A DNA stretch of 64,000 bases from a virus, in IMG/VR virus record IMGVR_UViG_3300048088_000314, positions 1-64,000 of that record. The stretch is one strand, 5' to 3'. The notes under the pieces are model-generated. The model was not told where the DNA came from. It saw only the letters and a list, made by a program, of their open reading frames with translations, and did not search any database. Shown one piece after another: positions 46,601-54,453 of this stretch. The first letter of the stretch is position 1; each line of letters begins with the position of its first letter. The position numbers were made by a program, and so were the translations under genes.

Positions 46601-49600
46601 ACGAGCAGGCCGCGGCGATGTCGACCGCCGATGAGCGCGTGATCGAACTGACCCAGGCCAAGCAGGACCTCGACAAGATCCTGCGGCAGCAGTCGGCCCA
46701 CCAGACCGAGCAGTTCGGGCTGCGGAGTGCGATCCGGTGGAATGAAGAGGGCGTTAAATACAACGAGGGCATTATCGAGGGCATCGATAAGGACCTCGCG
46801 AAGCGCGAGGACACCCGCGGCAAAGCCTTCAAGATCACGATCGGTGGCAAGACCTATACCGACCGTGGCGAGGCGGAGAAGGCATTAACCGCTCAGGTGA
46901 AGGACCTGCTCCCGACGCTTAATCCGAAGAGCGATTTGAAAAAGATCGCTGAGATCGGCGGGTTCGATATCCGGCTTGGCGCCAATGAGAGGATGGGGCG
47001 CGACGCCAATGGCAAAATCATAAAGAGCATCGAGCCCGAGTTTGTAACTGGCGGCTTTGAGCATACCCGCTACGGTATTCGGAACGACGCGACGACTCCG
47101 CGCGGAGCGATCCAGGCGGCGGAATATGCAATCGGAAATCTTGAGGACAAGCGCCGCAGCTACGAATGGAATGTGATCCGGTCCCAGGCGGAGATCGATC
47201 GCGCGAAGCCACTGGTCGGGCGCGAGTTCGCGAAGGCCGATCAGATTCAGCCCCTACAGAACCGGGTCGCCGAACTCGAGACAGCGCTGGCGGCCAAGGA
47301 TGCCGAGCGCGGCTTCGACTGGGATAAGGTTCGCAAGGGCTTCGAGACGAACGGCAAAGCCGTAGGGCCGGACGGACACGAGTATTCCGTCCAGGCGCAG
47401 ACCCAGTACGGGCGCCGCGCATCCGGTGAGAAGCAGCGCTACGCGGTCTACGAGAACCCCGAGCCCGGCAATGACGAGACCCGGGGCAGGCGTCCGCTCT
47501 TCTACGGTGAGATGGACAACGTCATGGAGTTGCTCCGGGATCACACCGACCCGGAGAAAATCGCCGAGCGTGCCGAGAAGCGCCGCATCGCCGAGGCGCA
47601 GTATGCGAAACTCACGGGCGAGCGGGACGCGGCGATCGAGCAGGCCAAGGCTGCGGGCAAGTCCGAGTACGAAATCAACCGCAGCCAATACACCGATGAG
47701 CCCTGGAGAGCGCGCGCAAGCCGCATCAGGGAACTCGAGCAGGAGTTGGGGATCGGGCGCTACGCTAACTTGTACGAGGGCGAGACGGCCGCGGCGCTGA
47801 ACAGCAGCCGTGGATTGGACCAGGATTACGAGCGCTTCGCCCAGGGGCGCCAGGGAGCGCACGAGACGGCCCGCGATTTCGTGCTCGACCAGGGCCGGAA
47901 GAACGGGCTGGAGAACATGGCGGTCGTCGATCGCGATGGGAAGGTCTACGCCTCGACCTCCGACTCGCCCGAGGGCGTCGTGTCTCATGCCGACCTCGAA
48001 GACAAGCTGGACGATCCGAACGCCGGCTTGGTGGTGCACCACAACCACCCGTCGAACACCGGCCTGTCGTCCTGGGACATCGCCGCACTGGCCTACCGCG
48101 GCGTGTCGCACATCGTCGCCTATGCGAACCGCACCGGCGCCCACAGCATGGCCTCTCTTACCCCGTGGGCCCGGCAGTGGATCCGGGAGTATTCGCCAAT
48201 CTACACGGGCGCGCTGCGCTCGCTGTGGCGGGCCGCTCGCGATACGCTGGAGCCGCAGGTACGCGGCGCTGTCGAGAGCGGCTACCTCACCGAGGAAGAG
48301 GGCAACCGCCTTCTCGGCGACCTGACCAATCGCGCCCTGGACGCCGCGGGGGTCATCGACTATGTGAGCCCGCACGACCTCGCGCCGTTGAGCGAAGCCG
48401 GCCGCCGGGGAATGGTCGAGTACGGGGCACAGGCTGTCCAACAGCGCCTTCAGAGCTTTGGCGCCCGGCAGGAGACAAACATTGCCGATCGAATTGATCG
48501 ATCCACCCGGCCCGTTCTCCCCGCCGAAGCGATGGGAAGACTTCCTCGGCCGGCTGATGAAAATGCCGCGAACGCCGGCGGTGGAGGACGCGATCTTGGA
48601 GGCGAGGAAGCGCCTCGCGGACTCCGCGCTGCAGAAGAGCCCGACTTCTCAACCGAGGCAACCGCCGCAGCAATAAACGCAGCGGGGCCGCCGGAGAACA
48701 CCCGCGGCTGGTGGGATCGCCTGGAGCGGAACCTCGATATAGCGCCGAGAAGCCCGGGCGAAGGCGATCACTTCTTCAACGCGCTGAACAAGGATTTCAC
48801 CTTCCCGATGACCAAGGCCGCGCTCGACCCGCTGTCGAACGCGAAGTGGATTGCCGAGCTTAGCCGGCGCCGCGATGCCGGGGGATTGGCCCACGACTAT
48901 TACCAGATGCTCGACTCCTGGCAGGGCAAGCCGCCAGAGACGTGGCGCAAGCTGTTCGCGGCGATGGAGATCCTCACCCTTGAGGGTCGCGAAGTGCCGA
49001 CCGATGGCCGGGCGATCATCGTCAGCAATGAGGACCGTCCGCTGGCGGCGCTGTCGAAGCCGGGCGACGTCATCCGCATTACCGACCCCTCGGAGATACG
49101 GATGTTCGCCGACTACCGCAAGGCGATGGACCAGGTCTGGAAGGACCTCGTCGCCGAGACGGCGAAGCAAGTGGGCTGGGAGGGGGAGCCGACCGCCAAG
49201 GCAATCTATGAGGCTGCCGAGGCGGCGCCGACCGGGCGCGAAAAGGCGCACCTGACCAGGGCCGCACGCATCGTCGCCGGCATCGAGATGATGCGCCGCG
49301 ACTCGTATTTGCCGTTGATGCGATCGGGCGACTACTTTGTGCGCGTCACCCCGAAGGCCGGCACCCCGGACAAGCCCGGCATCCCAGGCTGGAATGCCGA
49401 GGGGATGGCACCGACTGTCACATACAAGCTGATCGATTCCATGACCCCCGCCGAGCGCGCGGTGGGCGGCATCCGCTCCGGCACGCCGAAGCAAGCCGAA
49501 GCGGAGATCGCCCGGCTGCGCGAGACGTTCCCGGAGGCCGAATACGACATCACCCACGGCTATGCGTTCCGCGACACCGACACGCTGCGCGACCTCGATA

Positions 49601-51522
49601 TTCCGGCGGTCGACAAGCTGATGATGCTGGTCGCAAACGATGGGCGAAATCAGCTACGTGAGCGCATGGAAGCGATGGGCATGCCGAAGAAGGAAGCCCA
49701 GGCGAAGGCACGCGAGGATTATGACAAGCTGGTCGATGCGGTGCTCGACCAGGTCTACGATCAGCGGGTCGCAGGGTTCAAGAAACCCAGACTGGGGATA
49801 CCCGGCTACGATTCCGACTTTGCCAAGAGCACGGGGTCCTACTTTAACTGGCTGGCGAACCACATCGCATCAATGCGTTATCGGCCAGATATTGAAGCTG
49901 CCGACGAAGGGATCGAGCGTCACCCCGATCCGCGCACCCGCGCGTTCTGGCGCGACTGGGATCGCCGGCAGGAGGATTACGGCGACCAGATGAACGGCCC
50001 CTTGATGGCGCTGCGCCAGGGTTCGTTCTACTGGCTCCTCGGCGCCAACGCGGCGACCACGGCCAAGATACTGCTGCATGGACCTCTGCGCGGCGTTCCG
50101 GTGCTCACGACGGGGCTGGGCGGGCAGGGGCGCATGCAGGCGCTTGGGACCTATCTCAACGCCAGCCGGACATTGCTGAAGGGGCTGCGCGTCGGTGGCC
50201 GCGGTATCGAGATCGATCTGGATGCGGTGCGCGGCTCGCTGAGCCCAGAAGAGCGGGCGATGTTCGATGAGGCGGAGCGCACCGGGGTCCTACACCCGCA
50301 AACCGCCAACGAACTGGCCTCGGCGCGCACCCAAGGCGAGGAAATCCTGACGCCGCAGCGGCGCTTCTTCCGCCGGGTCCTAGACATCTGGGGATCGAAC
50401 GTGTCGGCGGCCGATCGCCTAACCCGCAGCGCGATGCTGTTGTCGGGCTACCGTGTCGCAAAGCGCGCCGGGATGGACGCTATCAACCAGGTGTGGGATC
50501 GCGACCTCAACTGGAAGAACGCACCGGAGAAGACCCCCCAGGCGTTCGGTCAGTTCATGGTCGACAAGACGGTGGGGATCTGGGGCGACATCAACCGGCT
50601 GCCGGCGATGCGCTCGCAACTCGGCGGGATGATCGGCCAGTTCAAGCTCTACGAGATGGGCTACCTGTCGAATCTCCACCAGATGCTGACGCGGATGGGC
50701 CCCGAGGGGAAGGTGACCGCGGCGCTGATGTTGGGTGGCCTGGGTATGATGGGCGGCGCCATGGCGATCCCCTTCGCGCAGGACGTCGCGCAGGCAGGCG
50801 AATGGGCCTATGGCCTGGTGAACGGGATCGAGCCCGACCTGGATTCGTCGCTACGCCACGCTTTCGACGCGATGACAGGCGGCGGCGGGGAGGAGTTCCT
50901 GCACGGTGCGCGGCCACTCGGCATCGACTGGAGCGGCATCGGCTTTGGCGACATCATCGGTAAGAACGTCCAGTCTCCGCTCGACCTGATCGGCGCCGCC
51001 GGCTCGACCGTGGTGGGAGCGCCGTACCGTGCGATGCAGCGCGAGCGCACCGGACAGGGCGACCTTGCGGCGTTCCGGGAACTCACCCCGAATGCGGTCA
51101 AGCACATGCTCGACGCGCTCTATCCCGAGCTTTCGGCATACTCAGTCGCCGGCACCCGTAAGCTCCGGGAGCCTGGAGAAATGACCGACGAGGACCGGGT
51201 CAAGATGGGCCTCGGGTTCCGGCCCGAATCGCAAGCCGTCTCCGCCGAGAGAAGTCGCGAGTTCGGCCACAACCGCTCGGCCTACATCCAGGCGATGACC
51301 GTCGCGGAGAACCGCATCGCGAACCTGCAGGATCGCGGGGAGCCCACGGCCGACGCAATCGCCGCCGCGAGCCGCCTCATCACCGAAGGCGAGCAGGCTG
51401 GTATCTTTGACCAGAATGAGGTTGCGCGGTTCCGGCGTGACCTGCACAACAAGATGGTCCAGCGCGCGGCACCGCAGGTCGGCTCTCGGACGCAGCAACG
51501 CTACCAGGCGGTCAATCCATGA
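37687..51522 (+). CDS. giant DarB-like polyvalent protein (pyrophosphatase-like, N6-adenine MTase, SNF2-type helicase, JAB/MPN-like domains)
   Basis: DYGYI..DNVDAFIG..FDEHKVMLG; EPGMGIG and GNPPF; HAVGAGKT, VDEAH, SGTP, QRVGRILRQG; HNHPS..LSSWDI. Confidence 0.88.
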   Translation: MLRDGGRPGFAEGGDSGDQVIPSDLPPPPPGATTEPPQELPPLPAGATLTPPPPPPGATTTPPSLFAKDKPLVPKTQDDIRTSAPGSWIKDPLTGALYQKPVPAPAEKAPAPKLDFRGLTPEPTPSVMGAAGRGFERGVGPAAGGFVGAGALGEAGAIGGAAVAGPPGALVGGIAGALTGALGGGYAVGAAQNWLLKQLPDSVQRWLGQSDEQQAADVEAHGIPAELGEFLPNLIAAPPRLAAAAIREGAGAVERLLTSRFGAPVTGAAIMGGQSVAQQELAKGEISPKETAIAAGEGLLMGHPSPIGERLLSAGARPVRAITGRGEPTPGGEGGGAGQEGGAPPPALGEVMGIPMGDNNVQRMTVSRVTPEGDVVLVDQAGLAHPMTAADVARLRTEPPPEEAAPSAETPPPPGTPPAGEAPPPEGETRPPPAGAAGVTPSFDIFPPDELPPAPPGATREPPPAEPPPAAAPAAQVAAADQAAAAERAATAAQAPAQPGELDQRIAADQADVAAAQAGAAEPAPAAAPAAAPALPDGYRIEPFEGATVTGNPVTRYRLIGPSGNMMAEGGNLTELAAHARRVAAIRAAPTPRGVEPAPEQAPPAPEPAAAPEARPAQEAPPPPVAAPEPVEAAPAPPEPAAATPEAENGGYKVVSRNNGIREFWWIQRPDGSLVGPGRSGTAVETREEAEWALPYYVEAGKLIAAKTSPPEPVAPAAAEPANTPVVTQEKHTKTGADLWFVRFPEKTTGLGPLARSLKGYWSAFRGGGMQPGWAFKSLEAANEFATRARLPGEKPTPIPEGAAPPAVETTPESSPAQPEAATPPAALAYVSTLRDPARREYATQYLRYLLGRRDEPDTDLSPMAQQGIRLRLDELAGSRAGPAGEPMPPSGERPAAPPSPFDAWADEVFKVYQEQGSEAANTLFDTIATRENLSVEQWSQISQQVRDRVEAASLPWGKGVNYVPPERPVETPAGPRPVEDAAATERRNFVDALNLTNSVERNGARYSIENQDGRFRGVVGGEGLTPAYIGEWTPNRGSAIQAARDYAFRAETPEPPRAEPIAETRAEAERAEPAPREEPAAPRAEAKPAVTPAAGTPMWAHIGKNYLDRDLYRDKNGVRSYVDDNGIRHTEPVQIIPTRGGMRYSTAEPLNKDPEWQVAQPRDAYEDEHGLPIEKEYYRKEPENLEQRIARQLENAREVTEANPTRAEIEAGNYPKGRVNFYGIPFVMENARGALREGIDEHGEPWESQLAADYGYISRTVGAEGTDNVDAFIGPDLGSQQAFVIDQFDPDDGFDEHKVMLGYKDWPAARDAYLDSFSDGRGGERLGNYTPMSLDQLKAWLDTGDTRNPIGQQALPLGREEPTRGVQNAVPPGDEGERPATVQRPAEERGNEPAPAAEERAGAPTPRGDLEARSEAILAEDEGGGGDRAGDADRVPGGQREGAEPGAAAGPADTSGAIRPPTREIDLEPGKEVGVPSQAGRVVDWEVKGTNFPLTAEAISENRSPLAKARDNLAAIELAKRLVAEKRPATRAEQALLARYVGWGGVSGAFKDRAGNFRKGFEDVGQRLAQVLTKPEYDAAAQSTLYAHYTSEPVIKAMWSAMQRMGFKGGSVFEPGMGIGHFLGFMPPDIAQTSRYHGLEIDPMTATIAKLLYPESGIRQADFKSTPYPENVFDIAIGNPPFHDVVVQSDPKYRARGFVLHDYFFAKSLDSVRPGGLLGFITSAGTMNKLDTKARKYLADRAEFVGGVRMPSSTFARSANTEVTTDILFFKKRGQILDHAENELPEWTQTVQRDLPNRAGEIMGANVNRYFSEHPEQVLGEEGMFDKLVAGERYAVRPTPGMDVPAALNEALARLPENIMTEAPSPKELAELDFSRDERKDGSFYEAPDGTLMQYRDGAGRPVARRGAGVEGGRTSAEMKLIRELVPIRDAMRAVYRADLGGGEEAIAARTEFNRVYDEFVSRRGPLNKTEYSYRRPTPAQLENLRSEAREDARDLGREFDEGDFDARPLIEKKASAAAIASARQEARNRAAAEGREFNEGTFDPADVPDITIPKKENLDAFSQDPEHHRLAAIEQYDDRTGVATKRTIFFENPLDVRPEPQVNSANDGVLWSLNQHGKLDLDQIAEKLGKSRDDVIKELGDSVYRVPGTDETYQTADEYLSGDVVSKLEEARAALESDPKVQRNVEALEKVQPAPISPADISIRLGMPWMGTKEVGDFMREGLNLGGGAEARYLPALGRWIVGLGGDYGDGRAEWSTLRMNAEDLLTHALNRTAPKVFDPGEKKGSRVLNEDATQAAQDKVQAMHEAFERYVYGNGSPEQIERLDRIAALYNDRHNREVMRQWNGDYLTTPGIAKGWSWRPHQLRAIARIIQSGNTYIAHAVGAGKTSVAIGAAMEMRRLGLVRKPMIVVPNHMLGQFAKEWYEQYPTARLMIADEQRFHTDRRRQFVADVAQQDLDGVVITNSAFKKLAVSKEYEAKLIQDEIAQLDEAMEGLGQDPTKLTSVSAGARDNMSTVKKLQSKKLKMEERLRGATATDVDQTHTFEELGVDFMFVDEAHQFRKLAFASQMSVKGISQEGSDMAWDLYAKTRYLDEQNPGRSLVMMSGTPVTNTIGELYSLSRYMQRAELEKQGIPSFDAWAQTYGREATELEQTAQGTYEPVTRFSKIVNAPELYKMVGQVMDVVTPNELSQYVIRPALDNGQRTTHLAERSMWLDNFQEELGDRVRAIRSRKGPPSKGDDILLSVINDGRLGAIDPRFIDPSYGTGNAPSNTPSKLDTMIDNVHRIWRDTANQPFYEPGTGKELFRGPATQLVFSNLGIQGRDGGFSGYQHMRRELIRRGVPASEISFVKDFDGKPSEKQRLFNDMNAGKTRILIGSTQKMGTGLNVQRRLVAVHNLDPLWFPADDEQRVGRILRQGNLNPTIQVHDYSTKGTYDSTMWGMMGRKGRFIEQFFRGDPNLREIEDLGEASVYEQAAAMSTADERVIELTQAKQDLDKILRQQSAHQTEQFGLRSAIRWNEEGVKYNEGIIEGIDKDLAKREDTRGKAFKITIGGKTYTDRGEAEKALTAQVKDLLPTLNPKSDLKKIAEIGGFDIRLGANERMGRDANGKIIKSIEPEFVTGGFEHTRYGIRNDATTPRGAIQAAEYAIGNLEDKRRSYEWNVIRSQAEIDRAKPLVGREFAKADQIQPLQNRVAELETALAAKDAERGFDWDKVRKGFETNGKAVGPDGHEYSVQAQTQYGRRASGEKQRYAVYENPEPGNDETRGRRPLFYGEMDNVMELLRDHTDPEKIAERAEKRRIAEAQYAKLTGERDAAIEQAKAAGKSEYEINRSQYTDEPWRARASRIRELEQELGIGRYANLYEGETAAALNSSRGLDQDYERFAQGRQGAHETARDFVLDQGRKNGLENMAVVDRDGKVYASTSDSPEGVVSHADLEDKLDDPNAGLVVHHNHPSNTGLSSWDIAALAYRGVSHIVAYANRTGAHSMASLTPWARQWIREYSPIYTGALRSLWRAARDTLEPQVRGAVESGYLTEEEGNRLLGDLTNRALDAAGVIDYVSPHDLAPLSEAGRRGMVEYGAQAVQQRLQSFGARQETNIADRIDRSTRPVLPAEAMGRLPRPADENAANAGGGGRDLGGEEAPRGLRAAEEPDFSTEATAAAINAAGPPENTRGWWDRLERNLDIAPRSPGEGDHFFNALNKDFTFPMTKAALDPLSNAKWIAELSRRRDAGGLAHDYYQMLDSWQGKPPETWRKLFAAMEILTLEGREVPTDGRAIIVSNEDRPLAALSKPGDVIRITDPSEIRMFADYRKAMDQVWKDLVAETAKQVGWEGEPTAKAIYEAAEAAPTGREKAHLTRAARIVAGIEMMRRDSYLPLMRSGDYFVRVTPKAGTPDKPGIPGWNAEGMAPTVTYKLIDSMTPAERAVGGIRSGTPKQAEAEIARLRETFPEAEYDITHGYAFRDTDTLRDLDIPAVDKLMMLVANDGRNQLRERMEAMGMPKKEAQAKAREDYDKLVDAVLDQVYDQRVAGFKKPRLGIPGYDSDFAKSTGSYFNWLANHIASMRYRPDIEAADEGIERHPDPRTRAFWRDWDRRQEDYGDQMNGPLMALRQGSFYWLLGANAATTAKILLHGPLRGVPVLTTGLGGQGRMQALGTYLNASRTLLKGLRVGGRGIEIDLDAVRGSLSPEERAMFDEAERTGVLHPQTANELASARTQGEEILTPQRRFFRRVLDIWGSNVSAADRLTRSAMLLSGYRVAKRAGMDAINQVWDRDLNWKNAPEKTPQAFGQFMVDKTVGIWGDINRLPAMRSQLGGMIGQFKLYEMGYLSNLHQMLTRMGPEGKVTAALMLGGLGMMGGAMAIPFAQDVAQAGEWAYGLVNGIEPDLDSSLRHAFDAMTGGGGEEFLHGARPLGIDWSGIGFGDIIGKNVQSPLDLIGAAGSTVVGAPYRAMQRERTGQGDLAAFRELTPNAVKHMLDALYPELSAYSVAGTRKLREPGEMTDEDRVKMGLGFRPESQAVSAERSREFGHNRSAYIQAMTVAENRIANLQDRGEPTADAIAAASRLITEGEQAGIFDQNEVARFRRDLHNKMVQRAAPQVGSRTQQRYQAVNP
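41780..42085 (+). CDS. nested overlapping gene, TnpV-like helical protein
   Basis: GAGGAG RBS 7 nt before GTG; RDPQLFNALRRNGEMNRHL..AEEIVLATLI. Confidence 0.55.
   Translation: MEFKTPYLLAMRERDPQLFNALRRNGEMNRHLQQKSEQAHQLLEEILKHDPKPSLPKMREAEEIVLATLIEFPADNEREPSQEPPQDLPTHPGQFGRRRGR
48482..48676 (+). CDS. nested overlapping small gene
   Basis: AGGAG RBS 7 nt before TTG; globular-looking MPIELIDPPGPFSPPKRWEDFLGRL over a linker of the host gene. Confidence 0.45.
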   Translation: MPIELIDPPGPFSPPKRWEDFLGRLMKMPRTPAVEDAILEARKRLADSALQKSPTSQPRQPPQQ

Positions 51523-51629
51523 CTATCAGAGAGATCTTCGGCTGGTCGATCATCAAGCTTTTGGGGTTGGCTGTTGGAGCCGGTGCCGCCATCGTGGGCC
51601 TAGCCGTGCTGCTCGCTAGGTGCACGTGA
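51519..51629 (+). CDS. 36-aa single-pass membrane peptide
   Basis: ATGA overlap with the giant gene; hydrophobic. Confidence 0.45.
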   Translation: MTIREIFGWSIIKLLGLAVGAGAAIVGLAVLLARCT

Positions 51630-51656
51630 TGCGACTCCGCGCGGAGTCGGTCGCAG

Positions 51657-52055
51657 GTGAGAGGTATGTCTGAGCAGCGGGACCGCATGTATGAGGGGTG
51701 GGGCTTCAACGGGCCTACCGTGAGTGCCGTGATCGCCACGATCGCGCTAGGGGGAGCTCTCTTTGGATGGTGGATTACCAACGATCGAAATATGACTGCC
51801 ATTAACGCGGCGCAGGACGTCGCGCTCGTCAAACTCGCGGGCGACTTGGCCGCTGCCAAAATACAGATCACCAACTCTGAGGCGGCAATCGCACAGTTGC
51901 GGGCTGATTTTCAGGCCGCGATTATACAGGTCCGGACCGATGACCAAGCCGCTATTCAGCAATTGCGCGGGGATGTGAAGGAGAGCATCAGCGATGTCAA
52001 ACACACGCTCGAGAAGATCCCCGATGATCTCACTCGTGCTCTTGGCCGCAAATAG
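51657..52055 (+). CDS. membrane-anchored coiled-coil protein (possibly spanin-like)
   Basis: One TM segment followed by heptad repeats. Confidence 0.55.
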   Translation: MRGMSEQRDRMYEGWGFNGPTVSAVIATIALGGALFGWWITNDRNMTAINAAQDVALVKLAGDLAAAKIQITNSEAAIAQLRADFQAAIIQVRTDDQAAIQQLRGDVKESISDVKHTLEKIPDDLTRALGRK

Positions 52056-52248
52056 CGCATGTGCCCAAGCCGGGCAGCCGAGTGTCGTCGAGGGCCCGCT
52101 GATCGATAGTGGGTATCACAGCACCAAGCCTGCTCCGCCTGTTCCTGCGACTAAGCCGCTTGCGCCAGAGCAGACACGGGCTCTTCGGGATCAGATCGAT
52201 GCTGCCCGGGAGCAGATTGACCGAGCGCACGATCGATTGGATCGCTAG
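52024..52248 (+). CDS. putative Pro-rich lipoprotein (possibly o-spanin-like)
   Basis: Hydrophobic leader then Cys; overlaps end of previous gene. Confidence 0.4.
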   Translation: MISLVLLAANSACAQAGQPSVVEGPLIDSGYHSTKPAPPVPATKPLAPEQTRALRDQIDAAREQIDRAHDRLDR

Positions 52249-53729
52249 GAGACTCTGGACCACCGCGGCTTGATTGCGACCAGGCCGAACCCCGCGATGA
52301 TCGCGCGCACCACCAGCACCATGCCCTCGTAGCGAAAGTCGGGATCGGCAAACGCTCCGACGATGGCGGCGTTGTAGAGCAGCAAGAGGACCGCGGCGAG
52401 GAAGCTCGCGATGAAGGCGCGGGAGAACAGCATCGGCGCGGCGAACACGACCAACAGGCCGGCCACCATCAGGGCGGTCGAGCCGAAGATGAACGGCCAG
52501 TAGGTGTAATGCCAGGCCAGGGCGACGGCCTTCAGTATCTCACGATAGGGACGCGGAACCCGCGCCTCTGCCTGAGAGTCCTCCGGGAAGCGGTCTATCT
52601 CCGTGAGGTCCTCGCCGGCGGGATAGAAGTTCCGGCCGGAATAGACGAAGCCGGCGACGTTGTAGCGGGTGTGGGAAAATCCCGGCAGCGCCAGAAACAG
52701 AGCCATATTGCGCAGGGTGTAGGACGCGACGTAGACCGGCTCAGCCCAGGCGATCTCTGCCGCGGCGCGCAGCAGGAGCATGTCCGGCGCCGCTCTGTCG
52801 ATAAGCTGCATGTACTCGTAGTTGGGCCGCGCCCAGATGCGCTGCGTCAATTCGACCGTGGTCGGAAGCATCAGGTGGAACTTGGTGAACTCGGGTGGTT
52901 CGACGGTGGCGAGCTCGGCGATCAAGGCATTATTCGCCGGCGATGGCTGCAGCGCGGCGGTCAGCCGGTCGATTACCTCCGTGACGGCCGGGCCCATCGC
53001 CGGGTTGATGACCACGCCGTAGTCCTCGGAGTTGATGTACGCATTGTAGAAGACCTGCTCGCCGGTATAGCTCGGCGTGTAGCCCAGGTGCGCGACGTCG
53101 AGGACCTTGGCTCGGTACTGCCCGTATCCCAGCATCGCGACCACGAACGCGGCGAAGCAGCACCCGCCTGCCAAGCGGTAGCGCGGCTGGACCAGCACGG
53201 CCAGCAGCAGCAGTACAGGGAACACCAAGTTCATCGCCGGGCGCATCAGCGAATCAGTGATCGCCACCGCTGAGAACAGGACCAGCCAAAGCCAACCGGG
53301 CGTCTGGAAAAATCTGATCAGGCAGACCAGCATCAGGACCATGAAGAACACGCCGGCCTGATCGGGGTACATCATCTTGATGAACAGGTACGGCCCTCCG
53401 CTCAGCATCGCCGCCAGGGCGCACAGGAGGGCCACAGAAGGGGAGAAGCGCTTGAGGGCTGCCCAGACAAGAGGCGGCATCAGGAAGGCCATCACTGCCC
53501 ACAGGGCGGCGACGTTGGCGATCTTGCCGCTCTGCCCGAGGCTTGTGAGCCAGATCAGTAATGGAAAGCCGACGTCGCGCTGGGCGAAGCCGGGATTGAG
53601 CGTGGCGTCCGTTCCGATTGTGTTGGCCCAGATGAAGAAACCCCACGACCCGCCTGGAACGATGTACCCTGACGCCACCCAAAAAAACCACGCGGCGAGC
53701 GCGCTGAGCGCGAGAACGATGTAACCCAT
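52245..53729 (-). CDS. polytopic membrane protein, GT-C glycosyltransferase-like
   Basis: Many TM helices; RDVGFPLL loop; LMRP; C-terminal DFRY. Confidence 0.6.
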   Translation of the reverse strand: MGYIVLALSALAAWFFWVASGYIVPGGSWGFFIWANTIGTDATLNPGFAQRDVGFPLLIWLTSLGQSGKIANVAALWAVMAFLMPPLVWAALKRFSPSVALLCALAAMLSGGPYLFIKMMYPDQAGVFFMVLMLVCLIRFFQTPGWLWLVLFSAVAITDSLMRPAMNLVFPVLLLLAVLVQPRYRLAGGCCFAAFVVAMLGYGQYRAKVLDVAHLGYTPSYTGEQVFYNAYINSEDYGVVINPAMGPAVTEVIDRLTAALQPSPANNALIAELATVEPPEFTKFHLMLPTTVELTQRIWARPNYEYMQLIDRAAPDMLLLRAAAEIAWAEPVYVASYTLRNMALFLALPGFSHTRYNVAGFVYSGRNFYPAGEDLTEIDRFPEDSQAEARVPRPYREILKAVALAWHYTYWPFIFGSTALMVAGLLVVFAAPMLFSRAFIASFLAAVLLLLYNAAIVGAFADPDFRYEGMVLVVRAIIAGFGLVAIKPRWSRVS

Positions 53730-54453
53730 GGTGAATGTTCCTGATCCCCTCAAGGCGATCACCACTATGGCCCACTGGCGCGGCGTGTTCGAGGTTGCGT
53801 GGTGCTGGTCGCATATCATCCTGGCCCTGGCGCTGGTCGAGAGTTATCCGTGGCTCTTCGCGATAGGGCTCGTCTTTGTCGGAGCGCGGGTCTACGGACT
53901 GGCCGTCCTGTTCCACGACGCGCAGCATCACACCTTGCACCGCGCTCGGCGGGTCAATGACCTGATCGGCCACTACTTCCTATCGCTGCCGCTGGGAACC
54001 GATCTCCAACGGTCGCGCAGGTCGCATTTCCGCCACCACCGCGATCTGGGGAAGCGATTCGATCCGGATTATCCGATCTACGCCGAGGGGAAGTTCAGCC
54101 GGCAATCCGATGTCGGTATATGGCCGTTTATCAGGGTGATCGTAGCTGTCGCGATCGTCGCTCCGTGGTGGCCTGTCGCGCTGATCTGGATCCCCTCGTT
54201 GGTCCTGGCCGGGGTCTTTGATCGAGTGCGGACCTACTGCGAGCACTCCGACCCGACAGGAAGCCTCAACAGCTTCCGCAGCAATGCGATCGAGCGGTTC
54301 TTCTTGGCGCCCTATCACATGAATTGGCACGGCGACCACCACCTGAAGCCCGGCGTGCCGCACTACCGCCTGCCGCTGCTGGACCCCGATCCGAGGATAC
54401 AGCGCCGCGGCAGCTACATACGCTACCTGCTTCCACATGGAGACGCGGAATGA
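53728..54453 (+). CDS. membrane fatty-acid desaturase family protein
   Basis: Three His boxes: HDAQH, HFRHH, HGDHH. Confidence 0.88.
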   Translation: MVNVPDPLKAITTMAHWRGVFEVAWCWSHIILALALVESYPWLFAIGLVFVGARVYGLAVLFHDAQHHTLHRARRVNDLIGHYFLSLPLGTDLQRSRRSHFRHHRDLGKRFDPDYPIYAEGKFSRQSDVGIWPFIRVIVAVAIVAPWWPVALIWIPSLVLAGVFDRVRTYCEHSDPTGSLNSFRSNAIERFFLAPYHMNWHGDHHLKPGVPHYRLPLLDPDPRIQRRGSYIRYLLPHGDAE

